DNA from: Clostridia bacterium
GTDB taxonomy: Bacteria > Bacillota > Clostridia > Oscillospirales > CAG-272
Length of the DNA stretch: 64,000 bases
NCBI GenBank assembly: GCA_017631325.1
Contig: JAGBTM010000053.1
Span: forward strand, 7,729 to 71,728
Direction: 5' to 3'
Below the pieces are notes generated by a model. The model made no database searches and was not told where the DNA came from. It was given only the letters and a program-made list of their open reading frames with translations. Below are positions 39,773 through 49,665 of this stretch, piece after piece (the first letter of the stretch is position 1; every line of letters starts with the position of its first letter). The position numbers were made by a program, and so were the translations under genes.

Positions 39773-39801
39773 TTGACAACGCGTGCGCGTTGTGATATAA
39801 T
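39773..39801 (+). promoter_or_regulatory. sigma-A promoter of the pyr operon with palindromic spacer
   Basis: TTGACA-17 bp-TATAAT with TG; dyad ACAACGCG-TG-CGCGTTGT at 39776-39793. Confidence 0.8.
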
Positions 39802-39911
39802 ATTACGGAAATTAACGCGCACGTTCTTTTATACGCACGGTCACTCGCCTATATGGGTGCTATCGCGTATATTTTAAGGATAAGGCGCTTTACACAATAC
39901 GGAGGTGCACT

Positions 39912-41159
39912 ATGAAGGCTTTGTTTAAGAATGCTGAAATATACGGTATAGGCAAGAATACAAAGTGCGATTTTCTTTTTGACGGTGCTGCTCTTTCCGT
40001 TTCCGAGGGTAAGCTGTCCCCCATGGACTTCGTGCCCGCTTTTGATAATACGGTTATTTTTCCCGGTTTCTGTGATGTTCACGTACATCTCAGGGAGCCG
40101 GGTTTTTCTTATAAGGAAACGATAAAGAGCGGAACAATGGCCGCTGCCAGAGGCGGCTACACGGCAGTATGCTCTATGCCAAATCTCTCACCCACACCCG
40201 ACACGAGAGAAAACCTAACAGTCCAGCTTGATATAATTGAGCGTGACGCTTGTATCAAGGTGATACCCTACGGCACGATAACCGTCGGACAGCGCGGCGA
40301 GCAGCTATCGGATATGGAGGGCATGAGGGATTTTGTGGCAGGATACTCCGACGACGGACGCGGAGTACAGAGCGAGGATATGATGCTCGCCGCTATGACC
40401 GAGGCTAAGAGGCTCGGACGTCCGATAGTAGCTCACTGCGAGGATAATACCCTGCTCCACGGTGGATATATCCACGACGGCGAGTATGCAAAATTGCACG
40501 GCCACCGCGGTATCTCCTCAGAGAGCGAATGGCGTCAAATCGAGCGCGATATAGAATTAGTCAAGAGGACGGGCTGCGCCTACCACGTCTGCCACATCTC
40601 AACAAAGGAGAGCGTCGAGCTTATAAGACGCGCTAAGCGTGAGGGTGTCGATATCACGTGCGAGACCGCTCCCCACTATATACTGCTCGACGAGAGCGCT
40701 CTCACCGAGGACGCCAGGTTCAAGATGAACCCACCCCTGCGCTCGCCTGACGACCGTGAGGCAATTCTCGAGGGAATAATCGACGGCACGATAGATATGA
40801 TAGCCACCGACCACGCGCCTCACTCGGCCGAGGAAAAGTCGAGAGGCCTTGAGAAGAGCGCTATGGGTATCGTCGGAATAGAAACGGCATTCCCTCTCGT
40901 CTACACTTATCTTATAAAAACGGGCATAATAAGTATGGAGCGCGCGATAGAGCTTTTCTCACTCGCACCGCGCAGGCGCTTCGGCATAAGCTCGGACAAG
41001 GGCTTCACCGTGTTTAAGCTTACAAACGCAAAGAAAATAAACCCCGACGAGTTTCTCTCTATGGGAAAAAGCACACCCTTCCTTAACACGTCGGTCGAGG
41101 CAGAATGTATACTCACAGTATACGACGGCAAACCGGTCTACGACGGTATATCCAAATAG
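39912..41159 (+). CDS. pyrC: Dihydroorotase
   Basis: DVHVHLREPG, MPN, KMNPPLR and TDHAPH. Confidence 0.95.
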   Translation: MKALFKNAEIYGIGKNTKCDFLFDGAALSVSEGKLSPMDFVPAFDNTVIFPGFCDVHVHLREPGFSYKETIKSGTMAAARGGYTAVCSMPNLSPTPDTRENLTVQLDIIERDACIKVIPYGTITVGQRGEQLSDMEGMRDFVAGYSDDGRGVQSEDMMLAAMTEAKRLGRPIVAHCEDNTLLHGGYIHDGEYAKLHGHRGISSESEWRQIERDIELVKRTGCAYHVCHISTKESVELIRRAKREGVDITCETAPHYILLDESALTEDARFKMNPPLRSPDDREAILEGIIDGTIDMIATDHAPHSAEEKSRGLEKSAMGIVGIETAFPLVYTYLIKTGIISMERAIELFSLAPRRRFGISSDKGFTVFKLTNAKKINPDEFLSMGKSTPFLNTSVEAECILTVYDGKPVYDGISK

Positions 41160-41204
41160 ACCGCCTTCTCATTAATTCAGTAAAAAAATTCGGAGGATAT
41201 AAAA

Positions 41205-44200
41205 ATGGCAAAAAGAACTGACATCAAACGAGTAATGATAATAGGCTCAGGCCCTATCGTGATAGGTCAGGCGGCAGAGTTCGATTACGCAGGCACTCAA
41301 GCGTGTCTTGCTCTCAAGGAGGAGGGCTACGAGGTAATCCTCGTCAACTCGAACCCCGCTACCATAATGACCGACACTACCATAGCTGACAAGGTCTATA
41401 TGGAGCCTCTCACCCTTGAATACATCGCTAAAATCATAAGATACGAGCGCCCCGACGCAATAGTTCCCGGCATCGGTGGTCAGACGGGTCTTAATATGGC
41501 GATGCTTCTTGAAAAGAAGGGCATTCTCAAGGAGAGCGGCGTAGAGCTTCTCGGTACGTCAAGCGAAAGTATCGAGCGCGCAGAGGACAGAGAGCTTTTC
41601 AAGGAGCTTTGCGAGTCCATCGGCGAGCCTGTAATTCCCTCCGATATAGCAAATACGGTAGAAGAAGCAGTTGAGGCGGCAAAGAAGATAGGCTACCCCG
41701 TAGTTCTGCGCCCTGCATTCACGCTTGGCGGCACGGGCGGAGGCTTTGCCTACAACGAAGAGGAGCTTCGCGAGGTTGCAAACGACGCGCTTACCGCCTC
41801 TCCCGTCAGACAGGTTCTCGTAGAGAAAAGTGTCAAAGGCTATAAGGAAATCGAGTTCGAGGTTATGCGCGACTCGGCCGACAACGCCATCACCATCTGC
41901 GGCATGGAGAACATCGACCCCGTCGGCGTTCACACGGGCGACAGCATGGTAGTAGCGCCAATTATGACCCTTAACGACCACGACCTCAAGATGCTCAACG
42001 ACAGCGCTATAAAGCTTATCCGCGAGCTCAAAATAGAGGGCGGCTGTAACGTTCAGTTCGCTCTCAACCCCAACTCCTCCGAATATTATCTTATCGAGGT
42101 AAACCCGAGAGTTTCGAGAAGCTCGGCTCTTGCATCGAAGGCATCTGGCTATCCGATAGCCAGAGTTACTGCAAAAATCGCCCTCGGCATGACCCTCGAC
42201 GAGATAGACGTTGCAGGCACCAAGGCGTCCTTTGAGCCAAGCCTTAACTACATCGTAGCCAAGTTCCCTCGCTTCCCATTTGACAAATTCACCTCGGTTC
42301 CCAATAAGCTCGGCACTCAGATGAAGGCCACGGGAGAATGCATGGGCATCGGCTCAAACCTTGAGGAATGTATTCTCAAATCGGTACGCTCGCTCGAAAT
42401 CGGTGTATGCCATCTCCACATGCCAAAGTTTGATAAAAAGAGCGACGACGAGCTTCTTTCCTACCTTGAAGAATTTCACGACGACAACGCGTTCGTTATC
42501 ACCGAGCTTCTTCGTCGCGGCCACTCTATCGAGCAAATCCACTCCATCACTAAGATAACCCCCTTCTTCCTTGAATCCTTCAAGAAGATAACCGATATGG
42601 AGGCAACTCTTAAGGCGAATAAAAATAGCGCTGAGGTTCTCGCCTCTGCAAAGAAGATGGGCTTTTCGGACAAGTTTATCGCACGTCTTTGGGAAACCTG
42701 TGAGACAAGCGTTTCCGACCTTCGCAAAAAATCAGGCATTATCCCCGTATTCCGCATGGTTGACACCGCGCACGTAGGCGCGTACACCCCTTATTTCTAC
42801 TCTTCATTCTCGGGCGAAAACGAGTCGCGCCTGCAAAGTGACAAAAAGAAGATAGTGGTTCTCGGAGCAGGTCCTATCCGTATCGGCCAGGGCGTTGAGT
42901 TCGACTACTCCACCGTACACGCAGTAAACACTATCAGAAAATGCGGCTACGAGGCAATTATTATAAACAATAACCCCGAGACCGTTTCCACCGACTACAC
43001 CACCTCGGACAAGCTCTATTTTGAGCCTCTCACCCCCGAGGACGTTATGAACGTCATAGACTTCGAGAAGCCCGACGGTGTTATCGCATCGCTTGGCGGT
43101 CAGACAGCAATCAACCTTGCCGAGCCCCTCGCATCACGCGGAGTTAAGATTATCGGTACCGACTGCGAGGCTATCGACAGAGCCGAGAACCGTGACGCCT
43201 TTGAGAAGATACTCTCTTCTCTCGGTATTCCTCAGCCCAAGGGCGAGGCCGTTACCAAAATCGAGGACGGTGTCAAGGTCGCGGCCAAGGTCGGCTACCC
43301 CGTTCTCGTTCGTCCGAGCTTCGTTCTCGGCGGACGCGCAATGCAGCTTGTCGGTAACGAAAATCAGCTTCGCCACTACCTCAGAACAGCCGTTGAAATC
43401 GACGAGGACAAGCCCGTTCTCGTAGACCACTACATTCAGGGTAAGGAGGTCGAGGTAGACGCTATCTGCGACGGCCGTGACGTTTTCGTCGGTGGTATTA
43501 TGGAGCTCGTTGAGAGAACGGGTGTTCACTCGGGCGACTCAATATCAATATATCCCGCCTTCTCAATTTCGGACAAGGTAAAGGGTAAAATTCTCGAGTA
43601 CTCCAAGATGCTCGGCCTTGCCATCGGTATCGTAGGTCTGTTTAACATTCAGTTCATCGTAGACGCAAACGACGACGTCTATATCATAGAGGTAAACCCC
43701 CGTTCCTCGAGAACCGTCCCCTTCCTCTCGAAATCCACGGGATATTCTCTTGCCGACCTTGCAACAGAGGTAATCCTCGGCAAGTCCTTAAAGGAGCTCG
43801 GCATCTTCAGCCTCTACCCCGATGAAAAGAAGAGATGGTACTGCAAGGTTCCCGTATTCTCATTCAAGAAGATTAACGGTGTTGACGCATACCTCTCACC
43901 CGAAATGAAATCCACAGGCGAGGCTATCGGCTACGACGACGACCTCTATCGCGCATTCTACAAGGCTCTTCAGGCCTCGGGCATGAACGTGCAGAACTAC
44001 GGCACGGTGCTCGTTACCATAGCCGACAAGGATAAGGAGGAGGCTCTTCCCCTTATCAGACGCTTCTACAACCTCGGCTTTAATATCGAGGCAACTCACG
44101 GCACGGCTATCTACCTTAAGCAGCACGGCATCAAAACGCGCGTAAAGAGAAAGATTTCCGAGGGCGCCAACGACATTCCTACCTCTATGCGCCAGGGTCA

Positions 44201-44381
44201 CATCGCCTACGTTATCAACACGAGCGACGTTTCCTCATCGCATCAGCAGATGGACGGTTACGAAATCCGTCGCCTCGCGGTTGAAACCAATACCACCCTC
44301 TTCACCTCGCTGGACACCGTACGAGTGCTTCTTGACGTGCTTGAGGATATAACCATTACCATCTCGACAATAGACAGCTGA
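41205..44381 (+). CDS. carB: Carbamoyl-phosphate synthase large subunit
   Basis: GSGPIVIGQAAEFDY, two ATP-grasp halves (EVNPR) and MGS domain. Confidence 0.97.
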   Translation: MAKRTDIKRVMIIGSGPIVIGQAAEFDYAGTQACLALKEEGYEVILVNSNPATIMTDTTIADKVYMEPLTLEYIAKIIRYERPDAIVPGIGGQTGLNMAMLLEKKGILKESGVELLGTSSESIERAEDRELFKELCESIGEPVIPSDIANTVEEAVEAAKKIGYPVVLRPAFTLGGTGGGFAYNEEELREVANDALTASPVRQVLVEKSVKGYKEIEFEVMRDSADNAITICGMENIDPVGVHTGDSMVVAPIMTLNDHDLKMLNDSAIKLIRELKIEGGCNVQFALNPNSSEYYLIEVNPRVSRSSALASKASGYPIARVTAKIALGMTLDEIDVAGTKASFEPSLNYIVAKFPRFPFDKFTSVPNKLGTQMKATGECMGIGSNLEECILKSVRSLEIGVCHLHMPKFDKKSDDELLSYLEEFHDDNAFVITELLRRGHSIEQIHSITKITPFFLESFKKITDMEATLKANKNSAEVLASAKKMGFSDKFIARLWETCETSVSDLRKKSGIIPVFRMVDTAHVGAYTPYFYSSFSGENESRLQSDKKKIVVLGAGPIRIGQGVEFDYSTVHAVNTIRKCGYEAIIINNNPETVSTDYTTSDKLYFEPLTPEDVMNVIDFEKPDGVIASLGGQTAINLAEPLASRGVKIIGTDCEAIDRAENRDAFEKILSSLGIPQPKGEAVTKIEDGVKVAAKVGYPVLVRPSFVLGGRAMQLVGNENQLRHYLRTAVEIDEDKPVLVDHYIQGKEVEVDAICDGRDVFVGGIMELVERTGVHSGDSISIYPAFSISDKVKGKILEYSKMLGLAIGIVGLFNIQFIVDANDDVYIIEVNPRSSRTVPFLSKSTGYSLADLATEVILGKSLKELGIFSLYPDEKKRWYCKVPVFSFKKINGVDAYLSPEMKSTGEAIGYDDDLYRAFYKALQASGMNVQNYGTVLVTIADKDKEEALPLIRRFYNLGFNIEATHGTAIYLKQHGIKTRVKRKISEGANDIPTSMRQGHIAYVINTSDVSSSHQQMDGYEIRRLAVETNTTLFTSLDTVRVLLDVLEDITITISTIDS

Positions 44382-44581
44382 TAAATGCAGAATGCCAAAT
44401 GCATTCGGCATAACGGGAAATGTAAAATGAGCAATTAGAAATTAAAATTTTCTTTCGTTCCGAGTTTCAACTTTCAATTTTCACAACTTTTGCTGAAAAT
44501 TAGTAAAAAAGTTAAGTTTAGTTTACAAAAACAGGACTGTGGCTCGTAAATCGGGCCACAGAGAAAAAAGAGGAAAACGAT

Positions 44582-45313
44582 TTGAAGGACGTAAATTTAA
44601 AGATTGTTTCCAATAAAAAAATAGCTGAAAATACATACGAATGCGTACTCTTGGGCGATATTTCGGATATCACTGCCCCGGGTCAGTTCGTTAATATAAA
44701 GCTCGACGGCTTCTATCTGAGAAGGCCTATCTCGGTTTGTGACGCTGTGGGCGACCGCCTCACTATCATCTATAAGGTTGTCGGTGACGGCACCGAAAAG
44801 ATGGCAAACGCCAAAGCAGGCTGCGAATGGATGACCCTCACGGGTCTTGGCAACGGCTACGACACCTCACTCTCAGGCGAGCGCCCTCTGCTCATCGGAG
44901 GCGGCGCTGGTGTACCCCCTATGTATATGCTCGCCAAGAAGCTTATTTCCGAGGGCAAATCGGTATCGGTTATCCTCGGCTTTAACACCGCGAAGGAGGT
45001 ATTCTACAAGGAGGAGTTCGAGGCGCTCGGAGCCGACGTTACAGTCACAACCGTAGACGGCTCGGTCGGTATCAAGGGATTTGTAACCGACGCTATGCGA
45101 GGACTTGATTACACATACTTCTACACCTGTGGACCCGAGCCTATGCTCAGGGCTATCTACAACAGCTCGGAAAGCTCAGGACAGCTTAGCTTCGAGGAGC
45201 GAATGGGCTGTGGCTTCGGCGCTTGTATGGGCTGCTCGTGCAAAACGAAGTATGGCAACAAGCGTATCTGTCGCGATGGCCCCGTACTTACTAAGGAGGA
45301 GATAATCTGGTAA
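44582..45313 (+). CDS. pyrK: Dihydroorotate dehydrogenase electron transfer subunit
   Basis: RRPIS, CGPEPM and EERMGCGFGACMGC; TTG start. Confidence 0.93.
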   Translation: MKDVNLKIVSNKKIAENTYECVLLGDISDITAPGQFVNIKLDGFYLRRPISVCDAVGDRLTIIYKVVGDGTEKMANAKAGCEWMTLTGLGNGYDTSLSGERPLLIGGGAGVPPMYMLAKKLISEGKSVSVILGFNTAKEVFYKEEFEALGADVTVTTVDGSVGIKGFVTDAMRGLDYTYFYTCGPEPMLRAIYNSSESSGQLSFEERMGCGFGACMGCSCKTKYGNKRICRDGPVLTKEEIIW

Positions 45314-45351
45314 ATTTCGTTTTGTGGCGAGATTTTCCCGAGGTGATTTAT

Positions 45352-46263
45352 ATGACTAATACAAAGGTAAATTTATGCGGAATTGAGCTTTCAAATCCGA
45401 TTATCCCTGCCAGTGGAACGTTTGGCTTCGGCTACGAATTTGCCGAGCTTTACGACATCAACGTGCTCGGAACTCTCTCGTTTAAGGGCACGACGCTGGA
45501 GCCGAGATTTGGCAACCCCACCCCGAGAATTGCAGAATGCGCCTCGGGTATGCTCAATGCCGTAGGGCTTCAGAACCCTGGTGTTGACAAGGTAATTTCA
45601 GACGAGCTTCCAAAGCTTCGCTCGGTATTCTCAAAGCCGGTTATGGCAAACGTCTCGGGCTTTGGGGTAGACGAGTACACCGAAACTGTAAGACGCCTCG
45701 ACACCGAGGAGTGCATCGGCTGGTTTGAAATCAATATTTCCTGCCCCAACGTCCACGGCGGAGGCATGAGCTTCGGCACCTCGTGCGAGATGGCCGAGCG
45801 TGTAACCCGCGCCGTAAGAGACGTAACGAAAAAGCCTATAATCATTAAGCTCTCCCCCAACGTCACCGATATCGTATCAATAGCCAAGGCCTGCGAGGCA
45901 GGAGGTGCCGACGGTGTGAGCCTTATCAACACGCTTCTCGGCATGAGAATAGACCTGAAGAAGAGAAAGCCAATCATAGCAAACAAGACGGGCGGCTTCT
46001 CGGGTCCCGCCATCAAGCCCGTAGCCGTCAGAATGATATATCAGGTCTGGGAGGCTGTCAAAATTCCGATAGTCGGAATGGGTGGTGTTTCCACAGCCGA
46101 GGACGTAATCGAGCTTATGCTCGCAGGCGCGACTGCAGTTGAGGTGGGAGCCGAAAACCTCGTAAACCCCTATGCGTGTCGAGATATTATACTCGATTTA
46201 CCTCGCGCAATGGAGAAATACGGAATAGAAAGTCTCGCTGATATTGTCGGTGCGGCACACTGA
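45352..46263 (+). CDS. pyrD: Dihydroorotate dehydrogenase (family 1B)
   Basis: ASGTFG, NISCPN, KLSPN; ATG 45352 after GAGGTG. Confidence 0.95.
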   Translation: MTNTKVNLCGIELSNPIIPASGTFGFGYEFAELYDINVLGTLSFKGTTLEPRFGNPTPRIAECASGMLNAVGLQNPGVDKVISDELPKLRSVFSKPVMANVSGFGVDEYTETVRRLDTEECIGWFEINISCPNVHGGGMSFGTSCEMAERVTRAVRDVTKKPIIIKLSPNVTDIVSIAKACEAGGADGVSLINTLLGMRIDLKKRKPIIANKTGGFSGPAIKPVAVRMIYQVWEAVKIPIVGMGGVSTAEDVIELMLAGATAVEVGAENLVNPYACRDIILDLPRAMEKYGIESLADIVGAAH

Positions 46264-46482
46264 ATGAGGAATTAGGAATTAGGAATTAGGGATTAGGAAT
46301 GAGGAATGAGAAATGAGAAATTAGAAATTAGAAATGAAATTTCACTTTCGTTCTATACCTTAATTTTGAGGCTTCAACTTTCAATTTTCAACCTTCAACT
46401 CATTTCGTTTTCTAGCTCAACCTTCAATTTTCACTCATTTCATTTTCCATATTAATTTTCAACTTTTAATTTTCAACTTTTA
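46262..46482. repeat. Heptamer repeat blocks (GGAATTA/GAAATGA forward; TTTCAAC/TTTCAAT opposite sense)
   Basis: Direct inspection. Confidence 0.8.
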
Positions 46483-46509
46483 AAAACATAAATCGAAAGG
46501 AACTTTACA

Positions 46510-47208
46510 ATGGGAAAGGACGTAATCATCGCTTGCGATTTCGCGAGCGCAGAGGAAACTCTTAGCTTCCTCGACAAATTCGAGGGAAAGAAGCCCTTCG
46601 TTAAAATCGGTATGGAGCTCTACTACGCTGAGGGCCCCTCAATAGTAAAGGAAATAAAGAAAAGAGGTCACAAAATTTTCCTTGACCTCAAGCTTCACGA
46701 TATCCCCAACACTGTAAAAAAGGGTATGGCAGTCCTCTCAAAGCTCGACGTTGATATGACTAATCTTCACGCAAGCGGCACAAAGGCTATGATGGAGGCG
46801 GCTCTCGAGGGTCTGACCCGTCCCGACGGCACACGCCCTATGCTCATAGCAGTTACTCAGCTCACCTCTACGAGCCAGGAGAGAATGGAAGCTGACCTTC
46901 TTATAAAGGAACCAATCGACAAGGTTGTTATGCACTACGCCTCGTGTGCCAGAGATGCAGGACTTGACGGTGTAGTATGCTCGCCTCTCGAAGCAGGCAA
47001 GGTACACGACGTGTGCGGCAAGAATTTTGTAACCGTCACCCCCGGTGTAAGATTTGCAGACGGTGACAAGGGCGACCAGGTCAGAGTTATGACACCTGAG
47101 CAGGCTAAGAAAATAGGCTCTGACTACATAGTAGTCGGCAGACCCATTACAGCAGCGCCCGACCCCGTCGCAGCATACGAGAGATGTATCAGTGAGTTCG
47201 TAGGCTAA
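46510..47208 (+). CDS. pyrF: Orotidine-5'-phosphate decarboxylase
   Basis: FLDLKLHDIPNT, TPGVR and VVGRPIT. Confidence 0.96.
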   Translation: MGKDVIIACDFASAEETLSFLDKFEGKKPFVKIGMELYYAEGPSIVKEIKKRGHKIFLDLKLHDIPNTVKKGMAVLSKLDVDMTNLHASGTKAMMEAALEGLTRPDGTRPMLIAVTQLTSTSQERMEADLLIKEPIDKVVMHYASCARDAGLDGVVCSPLEAGKVHDVCGKNFVTVTPGVRFADGDKGDQVRVMTPEQAKKIGSDYIVVGRPITAAPDPVAAYERCISEFVG

Positions 47209-47227
47209 ACCCCGTCCGTATCAAATC

Positions 47228-47332
47228 AAAACGATACAAACTATACGAGCAATACAAACGGCACAAACGATACAAATAGCACAAACGATACAAACGGCAT
47301 AAACGATACAAACGGCACAAATAATACAAAAT
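47228..47332. repeat. 9-bp tandem repeat (AAACGATAC/AAACGGCAC), about 11 copies
   Basis: Direct inspection. Confidence 0.85.
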
Positions 47333-47449
47333 CAGCAAAAACAATTTTCAATAACTGCAAAAAACACACCAAAAACGCAATATTTGTAAACACAACATTG
47401 CATTTTGATAAAAAATACAGAAAAAAATAAACACAGAAGAGGTGTAACA

Positions 47450-48103
47450 ATGGAAAGCTATAAAAGAGAATTTATAAAGTTTCTTCAGGGCGCAGGCGTT
47501 CTTAAGTTCGGTGATTTCACCGCAAAAAGCGGAAGAAAAATCCCCTATTTCATTAACGCAGGCGAGATAAAGACGGGCGAACAGATAGCAAAGCTCGGTG
47601 AGTTCTACGCCAAGAGCTATCTTGATAAGGTAGGAAATAAAAAATGCGTTCTCTACGGCCCCGCATACAAGGGTATTTCCATCGCAGTAGCTGCCTCTAT
47701 CGGTCTTTCAAAGTCTGGCCTTGACGTTCCGTTCTTCTTTAACAGAAAGGAAGCAAAGGATCACGGCGAGGGCGGTGTTTTCGTAGGTTACGTTCCTCAT
47801 GGCGAGGACATCGTTATCGTTGAGGACGTTATCACCGCAGGCACCGCTATAAGAGAGAGCATGGCTATCCTTTCCCCCATAGCCGACTCCAAGGTTGCCG
47901 CTTGCTTCGTCATGGTTGACAGAAAAGAAAAGGGCAAGGGCGAGAAGTCTGCTATGGCAGAGGTTGGCGAGGAGTTTGGCTTCCCCGTATACTCTGTCGT
48001 AGACGTTTACGATATTATCGAATATCTTGACGAGGACCCCTCACATGCCGAGGACGTAGCAAGAATTCGCGCGTACCTTGAGGTCTGGGGCGCAAAGCAA
48101 TAA
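47450..48103 (+). CDS. pyrE: Orotate phosphoribosyltransferase
   Basis: KSGR, GPAYKGI, RKEAKDHGEGG and PRPP motif VEDVITAGT. Confidence 0.95.
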   Translation: MESYKREFIKFLQGAGVLKFGDFTAKSGRKIPYFINAGEIKTGEQIAKLGEFYAKSYLDKVGNKKCVLYGPAYKGISIAVAASIGLSKSGLDVPFFFNRKEAKDHGEGGVFVGYVPHGEDIVIVEDVITAGTAIRESMAILSPIADSKVAACFVMVDRKEKGKGEKSAMAEVGEEFGFPVYSVVDVYDIIEYLDEDPSHAEDVARIRAYLEVWGAKQ

Positions 48104-48250
48104 AAATTAGAAATGAGGAATTAGAAATCAGAAATTGATGTTTCACCAAGGCATTTTTTCTCGATTTTCTTTCCAATGTGTCAGCACTTTTTCCATTCCT
48201 CATTTCTCATTCCTAATTCCCAATTCCTCTTTACTCATTCCTAATTCCAA
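48104..48250. repeat. Inverted pair of heptamer repeat blocks
   Basis: AATTAGA/AATGAGG block at 48104-48136 and its complement (TTCCTCA/TTCCTAA) at 48190-48250. Confidence 0.75.
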
Positions 48251-48268
48251 ATTTTCCGGAGGTTCGCA

Positions 48269-49330
48269 ATGCGTAATCTTATCAACATACTCGACCTTAC
48301 TACCAAGGAAATAGACGAGCTTATCAACACAGCCTCGGACATAATCGACAGCCCAGAGCTGTACGCCAACAGCTGCCGAAGCAAAATTCTCGGCACGCTC
48401 TTCTTCGAGCCGTCAACGAGAACACGCCTTAGCTTCGCATCGGCTATGATGGGCCTTGGCGGAGGTGTGCTCGGCTTTTCGCAGGCGGCGTCCTCGTCGG
48501 TTGCAAAGGGCGAAACGGTTGCCGACACCATAAGAATGGTTAGCTCCTATTCTGATATTATAGTAATGCGTCACCCCAAGGAAGGCGCGCCGATAGTCGC
48601 ATCTAACGTATCAAGCGTTCCCGTTATCAACGCCGGCGACGGTGGACACTTTCACCCGACGCAGACCCTCACCGACCTACTCACTATCAAAAAGAAGAAG
48701 GGGCGCTTTGAGAACCTTACCGTCGGCGTATGCGGTGACCTCAAATACGGCAGAACCGTACACTCTCTTATATCGGCTATGGCGCGCTATAAGGGTGTGA
48801 AATTCGTGCTTATAGCACCCGATGAGCTTAAGCTCCCCGACTACGTCAAGACCGAGTTTCTCTGCGGCATCGACTATATCGAAACAGCCTCACTTGAAGA
48901 GGCTATTCCCTCGCTCGACATTCTCTATATGACGAGAATACAGGCCGAGAGATTTGACTCCCCGGAGGAGTACGAAAGGCTCAAGGACACCTATATTCTG
49001 AACGCAGAAAAGCTAAAGAGCGCAAAGTCCGACCTCTCAATTCTCCATCCCCTGCCCCGTGTCAACGAGATAGACACAGACGTGGACGACGACCCGAGAG
49101 CGCACTATTTCGACCAGGCAACCTACGGCAGATACATCAGAATGGCCCTCATTCTCATGCTCCTAAAAACCAAGGGCGTTGTCGACAGACGTACCCACGG
49201 CACCGAGGACGAGCACCTATCTTGCCAGAACCCACACTGCATTTCATTTGGCGATAGCGAGCGCGGAATTAAGCGCCTGTTCGACGACGGCAAGTGTATC
49301 TACTGCGACCAGATGGCAAAGAAGGTTTAA
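48269..49330 (+). CDS. pyrB: Aspartate carbamoyltransferase catalytic chain with fused C-terminal PyrI-type Zn domain
   Basis: [16 protein letters not shown]; tail CQNPHC...CIYC. Confidence 0.93.
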   Translation: MRNLINILDLTTKEIDELINTASDIIDSPELYANSCRSKILGTLFFEPSTRTRLSFASAMMGLGGGVLGFSQAASSSVAKGETVADTIRMVSSYSDIIVMRHPKEGAPIVASNVSSVPVINAGDGGHFHPTQTLTDLLTIKKKKGRFENLTVGVCGDLKYGRTVHSLISAMARYKGVKFVLIAPDELKLPDYVKTEFLCGIDYIETASLEEAIPSLDILYMTRIQAERFDSPEEYERLKDTYILNAEKLKSAKSDLSILHPLPRVNEIDTDVDDDPRAHYFDQATYGRYIRMALILMLLKTKGVVDRRTHGTEDEHLSCQNPHCISFGDSERGIKRLFDDGKCIYCDQMAKKV

Positions 49331-49451
49331 GATTTTAAGTGAGCCACAGCCGAAAGCCACAGAATGCGCGGCAAGGCTCGGTGGTGTGGTGTAACAAAAG
49401 CAACAGGCAAAAACGCAGCGTTACCACATAAATTGTGACGCTTCTACGCAA

Positions 49452-49500
49452 TAAAAAAACCGCAAAATGTAAATTAAAACTTACATTTTGCGGTTTTTGC
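49452..49500. terminator. Bidirectional terminator
   Basis: AAAAACCGCAAAATGTAA...TTACATTTTGCGGTTTTT. Confidence 0.8.
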
Positions 49501-49665
49501 TTTTGTTTTGTCTTTTCTTTTTTGTTTATGCTTTGAATTAAATTACTTTTGTAGTGCGTCTTTTTTCGTTTGCTTTTTCTGTTTCATGTTTTTTCTTTTT
49601 CACTTTGTGCTTTTGTTTTTTGCCTTGTGTTCTTGCGCCCAATTTATCTCTGACGCACGACAAAA

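Noticed and set aside
39802-39911. PyrR-binding attenuator
   Set aside because: No AGTCCAGAGAGG-type loop or terminator recognised in the leader.
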